A stretch of DNA of 55,670 nt from a virus (Duplodnaviria > Caudoviricetes). Both the position numbers and the translations under genes were made by a program. Below are positions 1 through 8,620 of this stretch, piece by piece; within the stretch, counting starts at the first letter, position 1; every line of letters begins with the position of its first letter. The stretch is taken from IMG/VR virus record IMGVR_UViG_3300030118_005064, positions 1 to 55,670 of that record; one strand, written 5' to 3'. Below the pieces are notes generated by a model. That model ran no database searches, was not told the origin of the DNA, and saw only the letters and a program-made list of their open reading frames with translations.

Positions 1-39
1 GAACTTTTGTTGTGATTGGTCGCCGATGAGGTGGCTTAC

Positions 40-213
40 ATGGCAAAAAGTGTCACCATCCTTGGGCCATTTCCGCCGAAGGACTTTCAGGACTCAACCG
101 CTCGTACAGCGATTGCTACTGAAATCAGCACAGCCATTGGCTCCAACACCTGTGTGTCGGCAGACCCGCACCTCATTCTTGGAAACATCTTTATTATCGT
201 GACTACCAGTTGA
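40..213 (+). CDS. Small hypothetical (possibly virion) protein
   Basis: ORF 16..213; ATG at 40 preceded by GAGGTGG SD. Confidence 0.6.
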   Translation: MAKSVTILGPFPPKDFQDSTARTAIATEISTAIGSNTCVSADPHLILGNIFIIVTTS

Positions 214-223
214 GGTGGTTGTG

Positions 224-508
224 ATGAAAGAGTACGGCAGTCTTGGTCTTGACGACATCGCTCGGCTACAGAAGCGCGGCATCCGCCTTAACGAGTCCTA
301 CGGGGCTTCGGTGAGAACAAACGAGGACAATCCCCTCGCAGGCGTTACTCTCAAACAGCGCAACCGTAATAAAAGCGCAGGGGATGTCCTTAACATCGGC
401 TCCGGTACGAGGTGCAAGCATTGTGGAATGCTGTACTTCTGTTGGGTTGACAAGTGCAGGACATGTAGCAAACCGATGGACTTCAATTTGGGAGTGAAAG
501 AACAATGA
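224..508 (+). CDS. Zn-ribbon protein
   Basis: CKHC...CRTC at C-terminus; GAGGTGG SD before ATG 224; ATGA overlap with next gene. Confidence 0.7.
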   Translation: MKEYGSLGLDDIARLQKRGIRLNESYGASVRTNEDNPLAGVTLKQRNRNKSAGDVLNIGSGTRCKHCGMLYFCWVDKCRTCSKPMDFNLGVKEQ

Positions 509-720
509 CAACACCACTGGATGAGGCTTGGTTTGTTTTGAAAAAGCAGTTGCCATCATTGGAAGAATTACAGGATGACCCTTTGGCGTTTATGTCAGAG
601 GAGGAAAAGCGGGAGCGAGAACTTAGGGAAAGGATAGAAACTGTGCGTAGGATTACTGGTGAGCCAAAAGAGATACCAAACCCTTCCCGTCGTTTTCCAT
701 CAGCCGCCGGAAATGCTTGA
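505..720 (+). CDS. Small charged protein with N-terminal AWxxLK tag
   Basis: MTTPLDEAWFVLKK start; GGAGTG SD; E/R-rich helical remainder. Confidence 0.7.
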   Translation: MTTPLDEAWFVLKKQLPSLEELQDDPLAFMSEEEKRERELRERIETVRRITGEPKEIPNPSRRFPSAAGNA

Positions 721-733
721 GGGAGGAATATGA

Positions 734-2353
734 ATGCCAGTAGTGTTCAGTCCCGGTGAGCCTGAGACAAGGCCGCTTGACCCGGAGGCCATCGTCTACA
801 CAACTGGAGACAAGGTAGGGCAACTTCTCGGCATCGCCGCAGGTGAGCCTGTCCTTGGAGCGGCCGACGCCGTGTCCGACGGCTTCTTCATTTTGGGTGC
901 AGATTTCAGAGAACATGGATTTGAGAGTGGGGACACCATCCTCGTCCACAGCGACCTTGACCCGCTTGGTACTGAGTTCGTTATCACGGCTCCGACCGTC
1001 GTGGATGTCAGCGGAACAAAGTATGTGAAACTGCCAACGACCGGCGTCACTCATGCCAACTACACGACGACGGCAAACACCGAAATCCAAAACAAGACGA
1101 TTTTCACCAACGGCAAGCGAAGAGGCGTGACCAAGAACATCGTCAATGACCACATCAAGAGAATCCAAGACAGGATTGACAACTACACTCACAACGCATG
1201 GCGACCGTATTTGGTCTCGGCCGAGTACATCAACTTTGACACCTACAAGCCCTACCGACGGCGATACTTCACCGACTATGTGGGTACGACGCCTCTGTTG
1301 TTCCGTAATGTTCAGCAGATGCTGAGAATTGAAATGTGGCAAGGTGAAGACTACCGGGAGATTTGTGGTGCAGAGGCTCGCCTCAATTTCAGCGATGTGT
1401 CAAACCTCGCATCGGCAAAGGTGTTCTTGTCTCCCGGCAACGGCAGTGTCGCTGAACTCGCACAAGGCACTGCGAGCAATCAGTGGCGTGACGATTTTGA
1501 CGCTACGACCGTGGCTCAGAACATCGCCGACCTCATCAACAAAGAAGACAGGGTGAACAAGGCGGCTGTAGAGTTCAGCCCCACTTTTACCTTGGAAGGC
1601 GCATCATCCAATGTGGCAGTTCACAACGAGTTCTTGGCTTCGGCCAACGCAGACTACGGCACGGGCATTGTCAAAATAACTTCCATGCGACCCGTTAAGG
1701 CAGGCGAGGCGTGCAGTATCGTCACGACATCATCTGACATCGCTATAGACCACTCCTCTCGCAATACAGCCACCGTCACAAGCGTCGTTTCCACCACCGT
1801 CAATGTGGACTCAACGAACGACTTCGTTGACGCAGGCGTGTGCGTTAAGGGTGATACGGTCTTTCGCTACACCGGCAAAACCGCTACATCGTTCACGGGA
1901 TGCGTTGTGGTCACGGGTTCTGCCTTGAGCGACATCTCGGGAACAATCACTCAGCACAAGTTCTCTTTGTCTTTGCAGGCAGGCTCGCAAAGCACCGTCG
2001 TTGACGCCATCACTGGTGAGACCACAGTGGACAGAAGTAGCAGTGGAGACAGCGCTCGTTTGCGAGACTGGTGGCTTGACCACGAGATGGGCATCATTTA
2101 CTTCAACAACTCCTATCCGTTTTTTGAGTTCAACTCTGTCAAAGTGGCTTACATCTACGGTGAGCGATACCTTGAGAAAGCAATTGAAGAAGCCGCCACC
2201 AAACTTGTAGCGAGCGAACTGCTGATGTCCGACGACCGAAGTGTGCTTATTCCCGAAGGAAGCCAAAACATTGACCTCGGTTCCAAGGCACAACTGTTTC
2301 GCAGAGAGGCCATGGACATCCTCGCTCGCTACAAAGAAGTGGTGGTGTGTTAA
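734..2353 (+). CDS. Head-tail adaptor (neck) protein with inserted beta domains
   Basis: C-terminal VKVAYIYG...AIEEAATKLVASELL pattern typical of adaptors; position before terminator and tail tube. Confidence 0.6.
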   Translation: MPVVFSPGEPETRPLDPEAIVYTTGDKVGQLLGIAAGEPVLGAADAVSDGFFILGADFREHGFESGDTILVHSDLDPLGTEFVITAPTVVDVSGTKYVKLPTTGVTHANYTTTANTEIQNKTIFTNGKRRGVTKNIVNDHIKRIQDRIDNYTHNAWRPYLVSAEYINFDTYKPYRRRYFTDYVGTTPLLFRNVQQMLRIEMWQGEDYREICGAEARLNFSDVSNLASAKVFLSPGNGSVAELAQGTASNQWRDDFDATTVAQNIADLINKEDRVNKAAVEFSPTFTLEGASSNVAVHNEFLASANADYGTGIVKITSMRPVKAGEACSIVTTSSDIAIDHSSRNTATVTSVVSTTVNVDSTNDFVDAGVCVKGDTVFRYTGKTATSFTGCVVVTGSALSDISGTITQHKFSLSLQAGSQSTVVDAITGETTVDRSSSGDSARLRDWWLDHEMGIIYFNNSYPFFEFNSVKVAYIYGERYLEKAIEEAATKLVASELLMSDDRSVLIPEGSQNIDLGSKAQLFRREAMDILARYKEVVVC

Positions 2354-2355
2354 GA

Positions 2356-2829
2356 ATGGTCGCCACTTTCAAAGAGCCGCTGGATGCAGTCATTGACATT
2401 CTCAAGGCTGACCATGATGCAGGGACAGCCTTGGGTTGGAACAGAGCCAACACGGACAACATCAAGCCTGTAATCATTGACATCGCATCGGAAGGACCGG
2501 AGCGAGGAAAGCGCCTTGACCTACAGCGCCACGATTACATTTTGTGCTACGAGACTGCACTCAACGAAGAAGTTCCCGACCTCCTGTACAACTTCGTCAC
2601 AACACGAGTCAACATCACCGTTGACATGCGTACTTCAAGAGGCCGTAGTCGCTTACGAAAAATGGAAAACGAAATGCGTCGCATCATCCATGTGAACCGC
2701 AAGGGCGACGGTGCCAACTTTGACCGCATGATTCTCAAAGTCAGGACTGACCTCAGTGACCGCACGAAGAAACTGTTCAGGCACACATTTCAAGTTGAGG
2801 TTGTCATTCTTGCGGAGACGATACCATGA
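2356..2829 (+). CDS. Putative tail terminator / neck protein
   Basis: About 157 aa, between adaptor and tail tube; alpha/beta pattern ending FRHTFQVEVV. Confidence 0.5.
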   Translation: MVATFKEPLDAVIDILKADHDAGTALGWNRANTDNIKPVIIDIASEGPERGKRLDLQRHDYILCYETALNEEVPDLLYNFVTTRVNITVDMRTSRGRSRLRKMENEMRRIIHVNRKGDGANFDRMILKVRTDLSDRTKKLFRHTFQVEVVILAETIP

Positions 2830-4919
2830 GTGGATTTGGCGCACATTTCAAAGGTGATGTCTCCGAAGTCACCATGGGCCATGAAACGAGTCTTGTCATT
2901 GAACATGACCAGCCGAGAACATGGACAGCCAAGACAACTGACGCTACACGAGACTACACGACCATTGAGTTCAGAGGGACAACGACCATCACCAATAGCA
3001 GTATTTTTGAGCAAACCAAACCAATTCTCAAGGTTCCGCTTGGTATGTTGATTGGTCAGAAATTGACTTTTCACGCTATTTCCACAGGCAACAACAACTT
3101 CTCCAACTTCTACAACAGCACTCTCAAAAGCAGGGTGTACACGATTGTGGACCATACTCTGGAAAACAACACCGACGGGGCTTTGGCAACGCAATTGAAA
3201 ATCGTACCGGCGTTCCCTACAACGACATTGTTGAACAGCGGCACAGGCGACTCTATTTTGATTCACTCGCTTGGACTACCGACGGTTCAAGGCGACACAA
3301 ACTTCGCTATGGCAAGTGCCGCCAGTTCATCAAAGGAGGTCAGTTTGATTGACCAATTCGTCGGGCTGGCGAGTTTCATGACACTGCCCGACACGAAGGT
3401 GGACTTGCACAGTTACCATGTTGTCGGCCTTGGTCGTCAGGTCGCTGTCCAGCAGACGGGCAAGGTGCATCATGTAGGAGGTGCACTTGAAATGCCCATG
3501 CACAGCGCCAAATGGCTGTACTACAGTCTTGGCAGAGAAACGGTCAGTAAGGACAACTGTGGTTCAAAACCTTACATTGGCCTTTCCAGTGATGCTGTTA
3601 TCCGGTCTGACATTGAGCCCGGACAAGGCTACATTGATGTGACAAGTAGTCAGAGCGGTAGCGTTCGTTTTGGCTCAGGAACGGATGCCGCAGTAGGCGA
3701 CTACTTACTCATCAAAGACACAACTCTCATTCCTACAACAACCTACAAAACACCAAACAAAGACACCAACAAATACTTCCCACCTGAGTCGTCAGGGTCA
3801 GGACTTGCCAGCGACGCTGTGCATTTTGAGTGGGCTGAGTCAAGTGAGTGCCGTCGCATATCAGCGATTGAGTTTGTTTCGGACTTGGGCTCAGGCACTC
3901 ATCGTTATGTGTACAGACTCTATGTGGATGATGGTTGGCAGTTTCCGCACACAACGAGTGATAGCATTGAACTCCGTAAGTATGCAGACAACTCCAGCAA
4001 CAGTCCGCATGTGAACGCAACAAGGACCGTTAGCAACCATGTCAAGCGATTGTTGTTCTCTGCCGAAACCATCCCCAGTTTCTGTATGGAACACAGCATC
4101 AGGACAAGGGATGTAGGTTCATTCAACGCCACGGGTGAATCCACCGTATCACCGGGCTCTGCTAACGATAGCAAACAATTGACGAGGGTGTTCAAAGGAT
4201 GCAAAGTGGTTGAATGGGAAATGTCGTCCACGGTTGACGCCGAACTCAAGTACCGTTGCATTTTCAACGCGCTCGCTTGCTACACGGACACGGGTCGCCT
4301 TGAATCCAGCAACGCCGGTGACCGCTACACGGCTCATCGCATGTTCCAAAATACCGCCAACACAAAAATAGGCCGGAAGGCCAGCGGTATCGCAGAAGGC
4401 TCAGAGAAGCCGTTCATGTTCTACAACGGTGAAATTTCAGCCTTTGACCAAAACTTAGGCTTCGTCAGCGCTTTTGAACTCAGGGGTAAAACAGGTGTAG
4501 AACTGTTTCACACGATTCAAAGCAACCCTGTACCTGAATCAGTCAACGCTTCCAGCCTCAGTTTGAAGCAAGTTCCTTACGGTGGCACGAGAAACGCCAG
4601 CATCATCCGAGAGGGGCGTGAAGAGTTTGAAATGGAAATCGTCCTTGCTTTGGAGGATGCCAATCTTTTCCACGAACTCAGGTCGCATGTTGAACGAGGA
4701 GGGACGGTTGGCTCCACGGGTGGCACCATCATGCTCCATTTCACAAAGCCAATCGCCGCCAGCGGCACTGCACCGTCTCTCCGGGTCATCATTGACGATT
4801 ACTTCATCACGGAGTTACCCATCCCGATGCCCGACGACAAAGGCTTGCTGTTCACGACCATGAAAATCAAGCCTCAAAATGTGAAAGTTATAAGCGTGGA
4901 CACCGATTACCACTGTTGA
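2826..4919 (+). CDS. Major tail tube protein with insertions
   Basis: Tube-like segments (TLPDTKVDLHSYHVVGLGR, PSFCMEHSI, RVFKGCKV, KPFMFYNG, IREGREEFEMEI); synteny upstream of the frameshifted chaperone. Confidence 0.6.
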   Translation: MSGFGAHFKGDVSEVTMGHETSLVIEHDQPRTWTAKTTDATRDYTTIEFRGTTTITNSSIFEQTKPILKVPLGMLIGQKLTFHAISTGNNNFSNFYNSTLKSRVYTIVDHTLENNTDGALATQLKIVPAFPTTTLLNSGTGDSILIHSLGLPTVQGDTNFAMASAASSSKEVSLIDQFVGLASFMTLPDTKVDLHSYHVVGLGRQVAVQQTGKVHHVGGALEMPMHSAKWLYYSLGRETVSKDNCGSKPYIGLSSDAVIRSDIEPGQGYIDVTSSQSGSVRFGSGTDAAVGDYLLIKDTTLIPTTTYKTPNKDTNKYFPPESSGSGLASDAVHFEWAESSECRRISAIEFVSDLGSGTHRYVYRLYVDDGWQFPHTTSDSIELRKYADNSSNSPHVNATRTVSNHVKRLLFSAETIPSFCMEHSIRTRDVGSFNATGESTVSPGSANDSKQLTRVFKGCKVVEWEMSSTVDAELKYRCIFNALACYTDTGRLESSNAGDRYTAHRMFQNTANTKIGRKASGIAEGSEKPFMFYNGEISAFDQNLGFVSAFELRGKTGVELFHTIQSNPVPESVNASSLSLKQVPYGGTRNASIIREGREEFEMEIVLALEDANLFHELRSHVERGGTVGSTGGTIMLHFTKPIAASGTAPSLRVIIDDYFITELPIPMPDDKGLLFTTMKIKPQNVKVISVDTDYHC

Positions 4920-4929
4920 GGGGAGCGAG

Positions 4930-5145
4930 ATGCCACTGCGAGTTATCAAGTCCCTGAACCCATTCCAGCCATTTGATGGCACCGTTATTGTCAATGACGA
5001 AGAAGAAGAGGGCGGTCAGCACCTCTTCAATCCCGAAGCCGGAAGAGCCAGTGAAAACCCATTCGCTCATCTGCAAAAGGGCGAGTCCCCCGAACCGGCG
5101 GGCTCCACGACACGAGTGAGTAAGTATGGAGGAGAAGAGGAATAA
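4930..5145 (+). CDS. Small acidic hypothetical protein
   Basis: ORF with GGGGAG SD in the tail operon. Confidence 0.55.
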   Translation: MPLRVIKSLNPFQPFDGTVIVNDEEEEGGQHLFNPEAGRASENPFAHLQKGESPEPAGSTTRVSKYGGEEE

Positions 5146-5485
5146 AATCTACATCAACGGAGCCCCTGTGCAAGTTTCAGCCAAACGGCTGACATTTTTT
5201 GATGTTCAAGCAGTAGCACCTTTGCTTGCCAACGGTGACATGGACTTTTCCAACTACTGGCGCTTTGCATTTCACAACTGGCTTTCCTGCACACCTTCTA
5301 TAGAGGTTGACACACTCACACCCGACGAAGGTAAAGCCTTGGCCAGCATGCTTCCTGAACCGTCTCAAGTGATGGAGTGGTTGGTTTTTCGGGAAGCGAA
5401 GTCGGAATCATCAAGCAATACCTCCACAACCGGGGTGTTAGCGACCGGCTTCGCTACCAACGAGAAGGGATGGAGTACCTTTTGA
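5126..5485 (+). CDS. Tail assembly chaperone (gpG-like)
   Basis: Position after tail tube; contains slippery G GTT TTT at 5383-5389. Confidence 0.6.
   Translation: MEEKRNKIYINGAPVQVSAKRLTFFDVQAVAPLLANGDMDFSNYWRFAFHNWLSCTPSIEVDTLTPDEGKALASMLPEPSQVMEWLVFREAKSESSSNTSTTGVLATGFATNEKGWSTF
5383..5389 (+). promoter_or_regulatory. Putative programmed -1 ribosomal frameshift site GGTTTTT
   Basis: 0-frame TTG GTT TTT CGG; -1 frame GGT TTT TCG stays open to 5649. Confidence 0.55.
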
Positions 5486-5649
5486 TGACGCACTACAACA
5501 TGAACTTACAGGAGGTCAGAGATTTGTCAGTGAGCGACGCAAAGCAACTCTTGTACTGGGCACAAGCGGTTCAGAGCGAAGAAGAGGTGCCCAAGGACGC
5601 AGTTTATTTGGGCTATGACCGTGTGCCACCACTGGAGGACTCACGATGA
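5383..5649 (+). CDS. Tail assembly chaperone -1 frameshift extension (gpT-like)
   Basis: Overlapping ORF in the -1 frame opens at the slippery site; helical YLLMTHYNMNLQEVRDL segment. Confidence 0.55.
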   Translation, partial: GFSGSEVGIIKQYLHNRGVSDRLRYQREGMEYLLMTHYNMNLQEVRDLSVSDAKQLLYWAQAVQSEEEVPKDAVYLGYDRVPPLEDSR

Positions 5650-6065
5650 TTGACGGCGACATTGACCCTCGCTCTGTTGAAGCGATGGAGAAGTTCAAGA
5701 AATATAGCAAAGAGGCAGGTGAAAACATGAAAGCCTTGCAGGCTCAAATGGACAAGTTCAGCAAGTCCATGGAGATGACCAAGGTCAACAGCACCGACCT
5801 GACGGCTTCTCTCAAGAACATGGAGAAGTCTCAGCCGTTCCAGCAAATGATGGAAGGGCCAGTACAGCAAGGGCAGATTGCAGGCGGAGGTGGAGGAGGT
5901 CAGTCCAACAACATCACCGTCAATCTCAAAATTGATGTCAGCGGTGTCACCGACAAGACCGACAAACAAAAACTTGCCAAAGAAATCGGCACCATGGTGA
6001 CCAAAGAGTTGCGAAGCAAAATGGGCGGCTCACTCGTACAGAGTGGATTTAACAGGAGTGGTTGA
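5646..6065 (+). CDS. Very short tape-measure-like protein (139 aa)
   Basis: Occupies the TMP slot; coiled-coil N-half, then GGGGGG-NITVNLKIDVSG...LAKEIG C-terminus typical of TMP ends. Confidence 0.5.
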   Translation: MIDGDIDPRSVEAMEKFKKYSKEAGENMKALQAQMDKFSKSMEMTKVNSTDLTASLKNMEKSQPFQQMMEGPVQQGQIAGGGGGGQSNNITVNLKIDVSGVTDKTDKQKLAKEIGTMVTKELRSKMGGSLVQSGFNRSG

Positions 6066-8611
6066 GCGTGGATGAAGGGGAGAGGTTACCTATCCGTCTC
6101 GTGCAAGAGAACGGAGATACCATCTCCCTTGATGCGACCAGCGTAGACATCGTGGTAGAACGAGTTCAATCCAACTTTGCTCTGCCACTTTTGGATGCTA
6201 AGAAAATGGGACTTGACCTCAATCAATCGTCCGTACAGATTGAAATCCAAGGTGTGTTGGCTGACGATGAAGGGCAAGAGGCCACGGCTCAGGCTACGGC
6301 TATTCTTGATTTTTACCAGCCTCAACAAGTGGTCACTTGGGGTCAGCCGGTTGCTGGAGGCGGTGGTAATACGAGTAGTCCAGTGACTTCTGTTTTCAAC
6401 ACGCAGGGGTCATCGGGGTCTTTTGGTTCAACGACAGGAATTACAGGTACGACCGGTAACAGCGGTTCGTTTTCAGGCGGCATAGGCGGCTCGCTTGGCG
6501 GTACGCTGATAGACATCAACGACCTCGGCAATCGCATTTTGCAGTATTGGAACTTTAAGCACATTGACTTCCCTGTAGCCTACTGGGTGGAAGAGAGCGG
6601 CGCACTGCTCAATCCGGTCACCAGCGGCCTGCAACTGTGGCTCAAGGCAGACGCTTTGTCGCACGCTTTGGGAACAGCAATCACTTCGTGGGCGGACAGC
6701 AGTGGCAACGGTAGATTGGCTTCTCAAGCCGATAGTTCCAAGCAACCTGTTTATCGCACGGAAGGTGTGAACGGTCAGCCTTATGTTCGCTTTGATGGCT
6801 CCAACGATGTCATGGAAGTTCCGTTTGAAGCCTTCTTCAATTCCGAAGAGTTCACCGTGTTCACGGTCGCTAAGCACAGTGCTACAGGAGGGGATTTGCC
6901 CATTTTCAGTTCTATAGAAGGCACCACTGGTGGCGGAAATGCCGCTGGGTATGCGCTTCTTTACGATGCCAGTAACAATGATGCACAGGCAGTTTGGAGA
7001 GAAGGAAGCACAGATGACAATGTGACGAGTGCCAGTGGCACCATCAAGAACACTGATGCGTTTATCCTCACCTACACCATGGACGACACCAATGCTGACG
7101 CTCAGTCAGATGTCGCCAAATTGTTCATCAACGGCGATGAAAAAGTCAGTCAAACCAGCGGCGTGGATTATGTGCCGAGCACATCAGCCAATTTCAAAAT
7201 CGGTGAAATGAGTGGTGATTTTTTCAAAGGCGACATCTACGAGATTCTCATTTACAACACTGCTCTCACGAACGCTCAGCGTGAAAGCGTAGAGGGCTAC
7301 CTCTCCTACAAATACGGCATCAACCTGCCTGCCGGTCACGAATATGCAGGGACAGCAGAGTACAGTCACAACAGCAAGCATGTACGCTTGGCGTTTGACC
7401 GATTCATGGTTGCCAGCAAAAACGAACCGCACGGTTTCTTCAACAAGCAACGGAACACCAGCATGGTGATTGCGTCAGGAGGCATATCGGGCAACACGCT
7501 TACGGTCACTGGTGGTCAACCAAACCAGTGGTTTGAGCCTACAGAGAGTGAACGGTTGAATCGTGTGTTGTTTTTCCGAGGCTCAAGTTTTGTCACCGAC
7601 TCCAACGACGACATTTTCTTTGGCTCAGTCGTCAGCGTCACGGCTGACGCTTTGACCATCAACCCGCACAGCACAGGCGTAACACTGCAAGCAGGCGACC
7701 AAATCTACATCGCTCCCATCAATTATTCCGACCCCGGACTGATTGGACGCACAGGCTCACCTGTCATCATCTTACCCATCAAGAACGCTGATACTTTCAA
7801 TGAGTTTGCATCGCCGGAAAAGGCCGTAGGACCAGAGTTTCCGACGCACGAGGACGGCTCACCAAGGGACGGTGATACATTCACAAGAACCGATGAATAC
7901 ATCACTTCGCTGATTTCTAAAGCATTGACTGCCTCGTACATTGATTTGGGCAAAGCCGTTAATGCTTCGGGAGACACCACCATGGACAAAGTTTTCACAA
8001 CGGTGATTTCAAAGTCGGCGCACGACCATGATTGTCGTCTGACCATCACTCAGCAATACGCCTCTTCGTTGGGCGCTTTGTCGGACACCATCAACACGAC
8101 GCTTGGCGTGGGGCAAATGCCTGTCACGCAAGGCTTCTCAGGTGGTCGCAGTGGAAAGCGCGTGAAGAGTGGCGGAGATAAAGCGCAGGATTTGCTGGGT
8201 ATTCTCGCCAACAGCAACAACTACGCTGGCAACCCCGACCTCAACTTCGCTACAAAAATACTGAGTATGGGTGTTGACTTTTTGGAAAATCAAATCAAAC
8301 CCGTGGACCACACTGGTGATTACATCAGGGGCATTCAGATTCCGTACCTCACGCATGTCACGAAGGGAAAGAATGTGCTGGATTCGCATGTGGCACAGCG
8401 CAATTTTTTCTTGACAACTGAGGGCTCTACCGGTGGCAAACTTTCGGGCATCAATGAGATTCATGCTTCAAGGTTGTTTTCGCACAGCGCAGAGGGGCAC
8501 CGCAAGAACGGCATCAGCGGACTGGTGACGGATTTGAGCGTGAGTAGGGAAGCCGAGATGAAGGCATACGAGTTCAGTTTGAGGTTTGAGGCCGCTGACA
8601 TCATTTTGTGA
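6062..8611 (+). CDS. Tail-tip (distal-tail-like) protein 1 with LamG/ConA-like insertion
   Basis: GLQLWLKAD...SWADSSGNG...FDGSND...FKGDIYEILIYN...EGYLSYKYG LamG-like signature (about 6623-7321); paralogous to next gene. Confidence 0.65.
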   Translation: MSVDEGERLPIRLVQENGDTISLDATSVDIVVERVQSNFALPLLDAKKMGLDLNQSSVQIEIQGVLADDEGQEATAQATAILDFYQPQQVVTWGQPVAGGGGNTSSPVTSVFNTQGSSGSFGSTTGITGTTGNSGSFSGGIGGSLGGTLIDINDLGNRILQYWNFKHIDFPVAYWVEESGALLNPVTSGLQLWLKADALSHALGTAITSWADSSGNGRLASQADSSKQPVYRTEGVNGQPYVRFDGSNDVMEVPFEAFFNSEEFTVFTVAKHSATGGDLPIFSSIEGTTGGGNAAGYALLYDASNNDAQAVWREGSTDDNVTSASGTIKNTDAFILTYTMDDTNADAQSDVAKLFINGDEKVSQTSGVDYVPSTSANFKIGEMSGDFFKGDIYEILIYNTALTNAQRESVEGYLSYKYGINLPAGHEYAGTAEYSHNSKHVRLAFDRFMVASKNEPHGFFNKQRNTSMVIASGGISGNTLTVTGGQPNQWFEPTESERLNRVLFFRGSSFVTDSNDDIFFGSVVSVTADALTINPHSTGVTLQAGDQIYIAPINYSDPGLIGRTGSPVIILPIKNADTFNEFASPEKAVGPEFPTHEDGSPRDGDTFTRTDEYITSLISKALTASYIDLGKAVNASGDTTMDKVFTTVISKSAHDHDCRLTITQQYASSLGALSDTINTTLGVGQMPVTQGFSGGRSGKRVKSGGDKAQDLLGILANSNNYAGNPDLNFATKILSMGVDFLENQIKPVDHTGDYIRGIQIPYLTHVTKGKNVLDSHVAQRNFFLTTEGSTGGKLSGINEIHASRLFSHSAEGHRKNGISGLVTDLSVSREAEMKAYEFSLRFEAADIIL

Positions 8612-8620
8612 GGTGCAAGC

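Noticed and set aside
5884-5900. GGC/GGA/GGT run as a DNA repeat element
   Set aside because: It simply encodes the poly-Gly linker in the TMP-like protein.
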